A stretch of 32,000 bases of DNA from an uncultured Eubacteriales bacterium. Its GTDB lineage: Bacteria; Bacillota; Clostridia; Oscillospirales; Oscillospiraceae. The stretch lies in contig ONGJ01000025.1 of NCBI GenBank assembly GCA_900317375.1, positions 1 to 32,000 on the forward strand. Direction: 5' to 3'. Of the stretch, positions 17,228 to 25,279 are shown piece by piece; positions within the stretch are counted from its first letter, which is position 1; every line of letters starts with the position of its first letter. A program made the translations under genes and the position numbers. A model generated the notes under the pieces. The model ran no database searches. It was given only the letters and a program-made list of their open reading frames with translations, and was not told where the DNA came from.

Positions 17228-17731
17228 TTAAAGATTCACAACAGGCTTGAGTTCATTCTCTTCGGCTTCGCCGATGACAGTATTATTATCTGTCGTAGGC
17301 TTAGCTTTAGCACAAGTTGCGCTGTTGAGCATCTGCTTATAGCGATAATCATCAACACAACTCTTGGCTTCAGCATAGTTGAAGCTTTTGTAAGCATCAA
17401 AAAGCACGCGCTTGACAAGTGGGTATTTGCTCTCACGCATCTTCCCAGCATAATCGATTACTTCATTCACTGTTTCCAGTGTGATGTAATCTTTGACTGC
17501 CGTAAGGTAGTCCACGATAAAGGGAATGTCCATCCCCTTATAGGTCTGCTTGGGCTTAGCAGGCTTCTCAGGCTGCTTGATTTCGATACCATAGGTAGGG
17601 TGCTTCTCCATCAAAGCGATGAGTTCGTCATAGACAGGGCCATAACCCTTGCTAGCTTTGTCAAAGCTGTTCTGGGTTCCGACGATGGTCTTGTTGGCAA
17701 AGTTAAGGGTAAAGCGTGCATTCTTAGACAT
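17228..17731 (-). CDS. hypothetical protein (167 aa)
   Basis: MSKNARFTLNFANKTIVGTQNSFDKASKGYG... GGAG lies 8 nt before ATG 17731 (the track starts at 17743). TAA stop. Confidence 0.6.
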   Translation of the reverse strand: MSKNARFTLNFANKTIVGTQNSFDKASKGYGPVYDELIALMEKHPTYGIEIKQPEKPAKPKQTYKGMDIPFIVDYLTAVKDYITLETVNEVIDYAGKMRESKYPLVKRVLFDAYKSFNYAEAKSCVDDYRYKQMLNSATCAKAKPTTDNNTVIGEAEENELKPVVNL

Positions 17732-17910
17732 ATTAGTCTCCATTCTCTGTTTTTCTGAGTTTATCAGCTCTCATTTTTTTATTCTTGGAAGGGGTTTTCT
17801 TTTCTTTGTTTCCCCCTCCTCTTTACAATTATATTTTACCAGATTTGAAAAATATTACAATATGTTCAGGCGTTTCAGCAGTACATAAGCGGCCTTCTGA
17901 CTTTATTCTA

Positions 17911-17942
17911 AAACAATTATAGCAGGGCTAAAAACCCTGCTA
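17911..17942 (-). terminator. hairpin after the WYL gene (possible attenuator)
   Basis: Minus strand reads TAGCAGGG-TTTTTAG-CCCTGCTA followed by TAATTGTTTT. Confidence 0.4.
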
Positions 17943-17955
17943 TTTCTTGTGATTT

Positions 17956-18990
17956 TTACTGATAATGCGCTTCTATTCTTTTGATGTAGTCTTTGAATCT
18001 CCCTGCTGTTTCTGGTGGGTCTACAATGACTATTTTTTCACCTAGACCACATACCCAACCATAGAAGTTTTCGCTTTCCACGATGAATGTTTTGATGCTG
18101 AAATGCTTGTCATCTATTGGAGTGTATACTGTGTCAGGTCCTTTGGGAAAGCGTTCCAGCATTGCATCCAATAGGGAGTTTTCAAATTGAAGAGTAATAC
18201 GTCCTGCTTTGCCACCGATGAACATTCCAAAAGTCTGTTTCGCATAATCGCTAATCCCCAACCGTTTGAACTTTTCTTCCCCTTCTCTTGGCTCATCCGT
18301 AATCTTTACATCATCCATCCTGTCTATTCTGTATGCCCTGATTTGGTGGTAGGTATCATCATAGCCTATCAGGTAGTGGTTTCCATCTGAAAGGACAACA
18401 TTGAAAGGGCTGACAACATACCGTTTTCCTTTCCTGCGGTTTTCCGTTTGAGTGATATTCACTGGACTATGGCGAGTATAGAGAAAAGATATTTTCTGAT
18501 TATTTCTTATAGCGAGTTTTATTCTACGAAGGTATTTTAACATCTTCCTTTCCGTGTATTTCGGTCGTTCTGCTACGATGTACTCGCTTTTCAGGGTGTC
18601 TGCTTGATACTTGCTACACAGTTTTTTAAGTTTTTCAATAAGTTCTTCTGCTTCTGGTCGTGATATGAAATTAGCGGAGGCGACACATTCTGCTATCGTT
18701 TCCAAGTCTTCAAATGGCAGAAAGCGAGTGCCCAAATAGATAGGCTTGCCTTTTCCCCCTTGGACATCCAACACAGCGTCAAACGCTGCGTCTCTTCCTC
18801 CACGCAAAAGGTCAATGTCTCTGCGGATAGAATGATTTTCTGCTTCAATTCCTTTGCTATTCAGGTATTGCTCTACATCCTTTAACAGAACGCCGTGAAG
18901 CATATTGCCTTTTTCATCGGCGTCAGTTTCTCGCATAAGATAATCGGCGATGTAAAAGATTTTCAGTTTCTGACGGTCGCTCTTTGGCAT
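17956..18990 (-). CDS. WYL-domain transcriptional regulator (wHTH-WYL-C-terminal extension, YafY/BrxR-like architecture)
   Basis: 344 aa. N-terminal HTH-like region. Central ...YVVSPFNVVLSDGNHYLIGYDDTYHQIRAYRIDRM... typical of WYL domains. GGGGGA RBS. TAA stop. Confidence 0.8.
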   Translation of the reverse strand: MPKSDRQKLKIFYIADYLMRETDADEKGNMLHGVLLKDVEQYLNSKGIEAENHSIRRDIDLLRGGRDAAFDAVLDVQGGKGKPIYLGTRFLPFEDLETIAECVASANFISRPEAEELIEKLKKLCSKYQADTLKSEYIVAERPKYTERKMLKYLRRIKLAIRNNQKISFLYTRHSPVNITQTENRRKGKRYVVSPFNVVLSDGNHYLIGYDDTYHQIRAYRIDRMDDVKITDEPREGEEKFKRLGISDYAKQTFGMFIGGKAGRITLQFENSLLDAMLERFPKGPDTVYTPIDDKHFSIKTFIVESENFYGWVCGLGEKIVIVDPPETAGRFKDYIKRIEAHYQ

Positions 18991-19019
18991 TGTGTCGTAT
19001 CCCCCTGTTTTCAGAGATT

Positions 19020-19115
19020 TTGAAAAGATTATAACAGATGTTCCAGACGCAAGGCAAGATGTTCAACAATGCTGGCACGATGATAAAAGATGCTGGAAAG
19101 ATGTTCAATGATGTT
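19020..19115 (-). repeat. GAACATC/AGCATCTTTT array, cluster 3 (inverted relative to clusters 1 and 2), overlapping the WYL-gene promoter
   Basis: Minus strand reads CCGAACATCATTGAACATCTTTCCAGCATCTTTT...AGCATTGTTGAACATCTTGCCTTGCGTCTGGAACATCTGTTATAAT. TTGCCT, 18 nt spacer, TATAAT, with a GAACATC box inside the spacer. Confidence 0.5.
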
Positions 19116-19120
19116 CGGTT

Positions 19121-19140
19121 TTGAAAGTGTATATTCAAAA
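19121..19140 (+). promoter_or_regulatory. third copy of the palindromic box TTGAAAGTGTATATTCAAAA, here on the plus strand facing attR
   Basis: Exact reverse complement of the first 20 nt of the cassette core at 15344 and 15761. Confidence 0.45.
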
Positions 19141-19386
19141 AACAACCATTCGTTTTCTGATAAAAAAACGAACAGAGAAAGTCCCTGTTCGTTGGTAAAG
19201 ACAGCGTTATCTATGGAAAGTTCGTATTTGTATGGCTGAAAGTTCCATTATTGGATACTTTTTGTTAACATTATAGGCATTATCTTGAATAAAAGTGCTG
19301 CCCTGATATAATGGAAATACAGAAGTCAAGTGTTTCCTGATTGTGGTGATTTCAGCGACGGGGTTGCGCCAGTGGTTAGACGGTTG

Positions 19387-19473
19387 ATGGGGTTCAAGAG
19401 GCCGCTGGTTCAAATCCAGTCACTCGGACCAAAACGCTGAAATCGTTGGTGATTTCAGCGTTTTCTTTTTATT
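19387..19473 (+). repeat. attR: 87-bp direct repeat (partial tRNA-Pro 3' half plus terminator)
   Basis: Identical to 7069-7155. It is preceded (about 19355-19386) by a degenerate tRNA 5'-half-like sequence that cannot form an acceptor stem. Confidence 0.85.
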
Positions 19474-19600
19474 CTCTTCTGAAAAGCAGCACGCTTGAAT
19501 TTTCTACTTGAAGGGAGATTCAAGCGTGCTGTTTTTTTGTAAAGTTATGCTTGATTTTATTATACTTTTCGGTATAATAAAACGGAAGGATGTGATTTGC

Positions 19601-20998
19601 TTGGAGAGATTTATCGACCGCGAGCAGGAAATGGAGACTCTGCAGAGCGAATATGAGCGTAAAGGGAGTTCCCTCGTGATCCTTTACGGGCGTCGGCGCG
19701 CCGGAAAAACCACACTGATCTCGGAGTTTATCAAGGACAAGAACGCCCTTTTCTTCCTGGCCAGCGAGGAATCTGAATCGCAGAACCGAAACGCCTTTAA
19801 GGAGAAGGCTGCGGACTTCATCGGCAGCTCCCTGCTGCATGAGGCCAGCGTCTCCACCTGGGACGCGATCTTCAAAGCAATCATGGAGCACAGCTTTGAA
19901 ACGAAACCCATCATCGTGATCGACGAGTTTCAGTATATCGGCAAGTCCAACCCGGCTTTTCCCTCAGTGTTCCAGCGCATATGGGAAGAGCAGCTCAGGA
20001 ACCGCGCAGTTATGGTAATTCTCTGCGGCTCGCTGGTCTCCATGATGGAGTCACAGACCCTGGCCTACAACAGCCCGCTCTATGGGCGGCGCACGGCGCA
20101 GATCCGGCTGGGGCAGATCCCGTTCCGCTATTACGGCAAGTTCTTCCCCGACCGCAGCCGGAAAGAGCTCATTGAGATGTACGCCATCACCGGCGGCGTC
20201 CCCAAATACGTGGAGATATTCTCCGAGAGCAAGGACATCTACCGCGCCATCGCGCGCAACGTCCTCAATCGCTCCGGCTATCTATACGATGAGCCGCACT
20301 TCCTGCTGCAGCAGGAAGTCAGCGAGATCGGCAGCTACTTCTCCGTCATCAGGGCCATTGCCGCAGGCAATCACAAGCTGGCGGCCATTTCCTCCGCCCT
20401 GGAGGTCAAGGCCACCAGTCTGACCAAATATCTGAAAACGCTGATTGATCTGGATATTCTGGAGCGCGAGATACCCATCACCGAGGAGAACCCGGAGAAG
20501 AGCAAGCGCGGCCTTTACAGGATCAAGGACAATTATATCCGCTTCTGGTTTGCCTTCGTCTATCCCAACATGAGCTTTATCGAGAGCGGCAACAGTCAGA
20601 TCGTTCTGGACAAGATCCGCAAGGGCCTGGTCACCAGTCATATCGCCTTCGTCTATGAGGATGTGTGCCGGGAAAAAATGTGGGATCTGAATGCAGACGA
20701 CGCCTGGCCTTTCCACTTCTCCAGGATCGGACGCTATTGGGACGCCGCTACCGAGATCGACATCACTGCCCTCGACCCGGAGGGACACAACCTCATTCTC
20801 GGCGAGTGCAGGTATTGGCAGGAGCCGGTGGGTGCGAACATCCTGCGCGAGCTGGAGCAGAAAGCCGAACACGTCTCCTGGAACCAGGATCATCGACAGA
20901 CCTGGTTTGTACTGTTCAGTATGGGTGGTTTTACTGATGAACTGAAGCAGCTTGCTGAAGGCCGCGCCGACTTACTCCTGGTGGACGACCGCAAGTAA
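19601..20998 (+). CDS. AAA-type ATPase with C-terminal DUF234-like domain
   Basis: Walker A GRRRAGKTT, Walker B IIVIDEFQY. A TTG start at 19601, 10 nt after GGAAGGA, gives MERFIDREQEMETL. The ORF-track start at 19508 lies in AT-rich non-coding DNA. Confidence 0.75.
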   Translation: MERFIDREQEMETLQSEYERKGSSLVILYGRRRAGKTTLISEFIKDKNALFFLASEESESQNRNAFKEKAADFIGSSLLHEASVSTWDAIFKAIMEHSFETKPIIVIDEFQYIGKSNPAFPSVFQRIWEEQLRNRAVMVILCGSLVSMMESQTLAYNSPLYGRRTAQIRLGQIPFRYYGKFFPDRSRKELIEMYAITGGVPKYVEIFSESKDIYRAIARNVLNRSGYLYDEPHFLLQQEVSEIGSYFSVIRAIAAGNHKLAAISSALEVKATSLTKYLKTLIDLDILEREIPITEENPEKSKRGLYRIKDNYIRFWFAFVYPNMSFIESGNSQIVLDKIRKGLVTSHIAFVYEDVCREKMWDLNADDAWPFHFSRIGRYWDAATEIDITALDPEGHNLILGECRYWQEPVGANILRELEQKAEHVSWNQDHRQTWFVLFSMGGFTDELKQLAEGRADLLLVDDRK

Positions 20999-21040
20999 GC
21001 CGGCACGCGAACGCATTGCAGGCGTACATAGTCCAGCCCA

Positions 21041-21997
21041 TCATTCTTCCAAATCCGGAACCGTCCCAAGCAGCTCTCGAACGATAGGAAGCGATTCCTC
21101 CGGATGCAATAATTCCTGCCGATTTTCGGCGGATGAGCGTGTGCTTTGCAGCAAAGAGGGATGCTGCCTGCGATATTCTTTGGGCGTGCAGCCGTATTTT
21201 TCGCGAAAAGCCTTCGTCATGTACCGCAGATCCGAAAAGCCGCTTTCAATCGCAATATCCAGAATGGTTTTACTCGTCGTATTCAGAAGCTCCAGGGCAT
21301 GTTCAAAGCGCTTTTCCTTCAGGTACTCCTGGAAACTGATTCCCAGGATATTCTTGAACAGATGAGAAACATAAGGCATCGTCAGCCCGTACTGCCGCGC
21401 GATGTCCTCCAGCAGCAGCTTCTGCTGGAAATGTCGGTCAATCTCGTCGAGAATGGATACCATGCGGTCAGTCTGCCTTCGCATCATTTCATAATCATTC
21501 TGCGTCAGCACTTGCCTGGGAAGATTCCGGTCAAGCAGGAGAAGGAGTCTGGACAGGAGGTAGAAGCAGGTCATTGCGTCCTCTCCCCCGGCCGAAAGGT
21601 AATGGACTGCCAGATCCAGAACCGCTTCCCGCAGCTCCCGGGCCTTCTCGCTGCCCTTTGGGAAAAACGGCTCCAGCGGCGGTTTGACCTGGAAGCAATG
21701 CATGGATGCGTCCGGAATAAACGGCTCCAGAAATCTGGGTGAAATCTGAACGGCAAGTACGAGCGTTCCTTCCCCGACGGAAGTGAACTCATGCGGTTTC
21801 ATGGAATTCACCAGATAAAACTCGTCTTTTTCAAGCCGGTATCCCTGGCCGGCATGGCGGAGAGTCAGGCGTCCTTCCAGAATCAGGCCAAGCTCCAGCT
21901 CGCGGTGAAGGTGGGGACAGCGGGACTGAAGCCGAACAAGAAAAAGGTTGAGGCAGGGATAGCTGCCGGTCGGAATCATCTCATATTCATGCGGCAT
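21041..21997 (-). CDS. AraC-family transcriptional regulator (cupin sensor plus AraC HTH)
   Basis: C-terminal ...LLLEDIARQYGLTMPYVSHLFKNILGISFQEYLKEKRFEHALELL...GFSDLRYMTKAFREKYGCTPKEYRR. Divergent from the sugar cluster. Confidence 0.85.
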   Translation of the reverse strand: MPHEYEMIPTGSYPCLNLFLVRLQSRCPHLHRELELGLILEGRLTLRHAGQGYRLEKDEFYLVNSMKPHEFTSVGEGTLVLAVQISPRFLEPFIPDASMHCFQVKPPLEPFFPKGSEKARELREAVLDLAVHYLSAGGEDAMTCFYLLSRLLLLLDRNLPRQVLTQNDYEMMRRQTDRMVSILDEIDRHFQQKLLLEDIARQYGLTMPYVSHLFKNILGISFQEYLKEKRFEHALELLNTTSKTILDIAIESGFSDLRYMTKAFREKYGCTPKEYRRQHPSLLQSTRSSAENRQELLHPEESLPIVRELLGTVPDLEE

Positions 21998-22188
21998 ACA
22001 GAAACGCCTCCTTCCCGGCCATCTTATACCGCAGATACGCGGCCGTCAAGAAGGATCGCAAACTTGTGCTGTAATTTGCCGCAAATTCATACGAGACAGC
22101 GGGAGATCGGCATGTTATCATGAACGCATAAAGCAGAACACTGCATCTATCGATATTTTCTATACTTTTTATCTGAGGAGGATGATTC

Positions 22189-23223
22189 ATGTCTCGCTTC
22201 AAGTTTTCTGTCGGCCCCTGGAATGTTCATACCGGTGCGGATTCCTATGGCCCCGACACCCGTCAGGCCATTGATCTCGAGAGCAAATTCGCCATGTTCA
22301 AAAAGCTCGGTTTCGATGCCGTGCAGTTTCATGATGACGACGCGGTTCCCAACATCAACGACTACACCGAGGAAGAGATCAGGGCCAAAGCCCGGGAGGT
22401 GAAGGCGCTGCTCGACAAGTATGACCTGAAGGCCGAATTCGTCGCGCCGCGTCTTTGGATGGATCCTCACACAAGAGACGGCGGCTTTACCAGCACCAGC
22501 GCCGAGGACCGGGAGTATGCCATGTGGCGCGCCTACCGCTCCATCGACATCGCCAATGAGCTTGGCTGCGACCTGATCGTGCTGTGGCTTGCCCGCGAGG
22601 GAACCTCGTGCGCGGAGAGCAAGAGCGCCGTCACCGCCACAAAGCAGCTTGTCGAGGCCATCAACTGCATGCTTCGCTATGACGGCAAAATCCGCGTCTG
22701 CATCGAGCCCAAGCCCAATGAGCCGGTTGACCGTTCCTTCTGCGGCACCATCGGCCATGTGATGGGTGTTTCCGCCGCGACCATCGACCCGAAGCGTGTC
22801 GGCGCCAACATGGAATCCGCCCACGCCACCCTGGCCGGGCTGGATCCCGCCAATGAGATGGGCTTCGCACTGGCCTTCAACAAGCTCTTTACCGTGCACC
22901 TGAACGACCAGAACGGCATCCGCTTCGACCAGGACAAGTCCTTCGGCGTGGAGAACCTGCGCCAGGCCTTCAATCAGGTCAAGATCCTCATGGAGAACAA
23001 ATACTACGAGACCGGCAACTATGTCGGCCTCGATGTCAAGGCCATGCGTACCACCTCCGACGAGGACAGCTACGCCCATCTGGTCACTTCGCTCGAGCTC
23101 TTCAAGGCCATGGAGAAGAAGGTCGAGAAGTATGACTACGCTTATGCCAACGAGCTGATCGCCCAGCGCAAATATGAGCAGCTTGAACTCTACGTCAACA
23201 GGCTGATCATGGGCATCGAATAA
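22189..23223 (+). CDS. xylose-isomerase-family TIM-barrel sugar isomerase (class I XylA-like, short form)
   Basis: FSVGPWNV...FHDDDAVP, IEPKPNEP and HLNDQNGIRFDQDKSFG blocks resemble actinobacterial-type xylose isomerase motifs. 344 aa. Confidence 0.75.
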   Translation: MSRFKFSVGPWNVHTGADSYGPDTRQAIDLESKFAMFKKLGFDAVQFHDDDAVPNINDYTEEEIRAKAREVKALLDKYDLKAEFVAPRLWMDPHTRDGGFTSTSAEDREYAMWRAYRSIDIANELGCDLIVLWLAREGTSCAESKSAVTATKQLVEAINCMLRYDGKIRVCIEPKPNEPVDRSFCGTIGHVMGVSAATIDPKRVGANMESAHATLAGLDPANEMGFALAFNKLFTVHLNDQNGIRFDQDKSFGVENLRQAFNQVKILMENKYYETGNYVGLDVKAMRTTSDEDSYAHLVTSLELFKAMEKKVEKYDYAYANELIAQRKYEQLELYVNRLIMGIE

Positions 23224-23282
23224 TACCAAAGCTGAATCGGGGCTGCCGGGAGCGACAGCCCTGACTGTTTAAGGAGAACAGG

Positions 23283-24392
23283 ATGAAGAAGATCATTGCG
23301 GCAGGGCATATCTGTCTGGATATCACCCCGGTGTTCCCTGCGCAGCGGAGCTGTCGGGAACTCAATGAGGTGCTGATCCCCGGAAAGCTGGTGCACATGG
23401 AAGGTGCCGACGTACACACGGGAGGAAGCGTGGCCAATACCGGTCTCGCACTGAAGATCCTGGGCAATGATGTTGTCCTGATGGGTAAGGTGGGTGCGGA
23501 CGCCTTCGGCACCATGGTGCAGAACATCCTGGCAAAGTACGGCGCCGGCGGCCTGCATGCGGACCCGGCAAGTTCAACCTCGTATTCCGTCGTGCTTGCC
23601 GTGCCCGGCATCGACCGCGTGTTCCTGCATGACCCCGGCGCCAATGACAGCTTTGTCAGCGCGGATATCCCGGACTCGGCACTGGAGGACGCTGCGCTGC
23701 TGCATTTCGGGTATCCGCCGCTGATGAAGCGGATGTACGCGGACGGCGGGCACGAGCTGGTCTCGATCTTCCGCCGGGCGAAGGAACACGGCCTTGCCGC
23801 CAGCCTGGATTTTGCGGCGATCGACCCCTCCTCGGAGGCCGGAAAGGCAGACTGGGAGGCCATTCTGCAAAACGTGCTGCCCTATGTGGACTTCTTTGTG
23901 CCCAGTTTTGAGGAGCTTTGCTTCATGCTGGATCGCCGCCGCTATGAGGCGCTCGCCGCACGCGGCGGAGACATGACGGCAAATCTCGATGTTGAGGCTG
24001 AATGCGCACCCCTCGCAGAAAAGCTTCTCGCGATGGGCTGCCGCTTTGTTCTGATTAAATGCGGCACCGCCGGGATGTTCTATCGCGCGGCAGGAAGGGA
24101 AGCCCTGCGGAAGATCGGCCGCCGGATCTGTGTCGATAGCGAATCCTGGGCCGGCCGTACAGGGGTGCAGCGCTGCTTTCGGGCGGAGACGGTCCGCTCC
24201 GGAACCGGTGCAGGAGATACCAGTATCGCGGCTTTCCTGACGGCGGTGCTGGCCGGCAGGACGCCGGAGGACTGCGTGGCGCTGGCCGCCGCGGAGGGCG
24301 CCTGCTGCGTGACCGCCTACGACGCGCTCAGCGGTCTGAAATCCATCCCGGAGCTGGAGGATCGCATCCGGTCCGGATGGGAAACACGGTAA
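23283..24392 (+). CDS. PfkB-family carbohydrate kinase
   Basis: GGSVANTGLAL N-terminal motif and GAGDTSIAAFL C-terminal motif. Confidence 0.8.
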   Translation: MKKIIAAGHICLDITPVFPAQRSCRELNEVLIPGKLVHMEGADVHTGGSVANTGLALKILGNDVVLMGKVGADAFGTMVQNILAKYGAGGLHADPASSTSYSVVLAVPGIDRVFLHDPGANDSFVSADIPDSALEDAALLHFGYPPLMKRMYADGGHELVSIFRRAKEHGLAASLDFAAIDPSSEAGKADWEAILQNVLPYVDFFVPSFEELCFMLDRRRYEALAARGGDMTANLDVEAECAPLAEKLLAMGCRFVLIKCGTAGMFYRAAGREALRKIGRRICVDSESWAGRTGVQRCFRAETVRSGTGAGDTSIAAFLTAVLAGRTPEDCVALAAAEGACCVTAYDALSGLKSIPELEDRIRSGWETR

Positions 24393-24407
24393 CTCGGAGG
24401 ATTCATC

Positions 24408-25253
24408 ATGCTTGTGAATATGAACGACGTGCTTCTTCCCGCGCGGGAAGGGGGCTATGGCGTAGGTTTTTTCAACGCAATGAATGTGGAGATGGCACGC
24501 GCCGTGATCGAAACTGCGGAAGAGCTTCATGCGCCTGTGATGGTGGGTACGGCAGAGGTGCTGCTTCCCGCCATGAGCATGAATCTGGTGGCGGACTATC
24601 TGATCCCCATGGCCGAGAGAGCTTCGGTTCCCGTGTGTGTTCACTACGACCACGGCCTGCGTTTTTCAACGTGCATGGAAGCGCTCCGTCTGGGCTTTAC
24701 CTCCGTCATGTACGATTGCTCCACCGCCTCCTACGAGGAGAATGCCGCCGCTGTTGCCGAAATGGTGCGCATCTGTCACGCGATGGGTGTGACCGTGGAG
24801 GGCGAGCTCGGTCATGTAGGGGACAATGAAGGCAGCGGGAAGCTGGCAAGTCCGTCGGACTATTATACAGATCCCGGCGCAGCGGAGGATTTTGTGCGCC
24901 GCACAGGGATTGACTCGCTGGCTGTAGCCGTCGGAAACGCCCACGGGGATTACAAATTCCCGCCCAGGCTGGATTTTGAACGGATCGAAACCATCGCCCG
25001 AAAAACCGGTCTTCCGCTGGTGCTCCACGGAGGGAGCGGACTGGCTGATTCCGATTTCCGCGAAGCTGTCCGGCGCGGGATCTGCAAGGTGAATATCTTC
25101 ACCGATCTGGATAAGGCGGGGAAAGCAGGGATCGAGACCGGTCTTGCCGCCGGGGCCAAAAGCATGATGGGCCTGATCGCCTATGAAATCGATGCCATGA
25201 AGGCGGTTGTCAGGGAAAAGCTCGAGCTGTTCGGCTCCGTCGGAAAAGCCTGA
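24408..25253 (+). CDS. class II (metal-dependent) ketose-bisphosphate aldolase, Fba/GatY/KbaY family
   Basis: MLVNMNDVLLPAREGGYGVGFFN..., VHYDHG, LVLHGGSG motifs. 281 aa. Confidence 0.85.
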   Translation: MLVNMNDVLLPAREGGYGVGFFNAMNVEMARAVIETAEELHAPVMVGTAEVLLPAMSMNLVADYLIPMAERASVPVCVHYDHGLRFSTCMEALRLGFTSVMYDCSTASYEENAAAVAEMVRICHAMGVTVEGELGHVGDNEGSGKLASPSDYYTDPGAAEDFVRRTGIDSLAVAVGNAHGDYKFPPRLDFERIETIARKTGLPLVLHGGSGLADSDFREAVRRGICKVNIFTDLDKAGKAGIETGLAAGAKSMMGLIAYEIDAMKAVVREKLELFGSVGKA

Positions 25254-25279
25254 AAAGCGGCTGCTCGCAGGGTGCGGAC

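Larger units (their letters stand above)
7069..19473. mobile_element. about 12.4 kb AT-rich integrative island in the 3' end of tRNA-Pro; composite of an outer element plus a nested insertion
   Basis: Abrupt compositional switch against GC-rich flanks. Perfect 87-bp direct repeat at both ends. A tyrosine integrase lies next to the intact tRNA. Gene content is phage- or MGE-like (HNH, GIY-YIG, WYL, XRE, SprT-like, second recombinase). Confidence 0.85.

Noticed and set aside
19141-19386. Small ORFs between the WYL promoter region and attR (for example the 19207-19413 minus ORF, or MAESSIIGYFLLTL[TAG]ALS on the plus strand)
   Set aside because: They have no RBS and no conservation signal, and they are very short. 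The region is better explained as att-proximal non-coding DNA with repeats and hairpins.
19340-19433. The tRNA-like sequence at attR as a second functional tRNA or the missing amber suppressor
   Set aside because: No 5' strand can pair with the acceptor 3' strand CACTCGG (best match 6 of 7, with impossible spacing). The D stem is broken, the anticodon loop has 6 nt, and there is no CTA anticodon on either strand.
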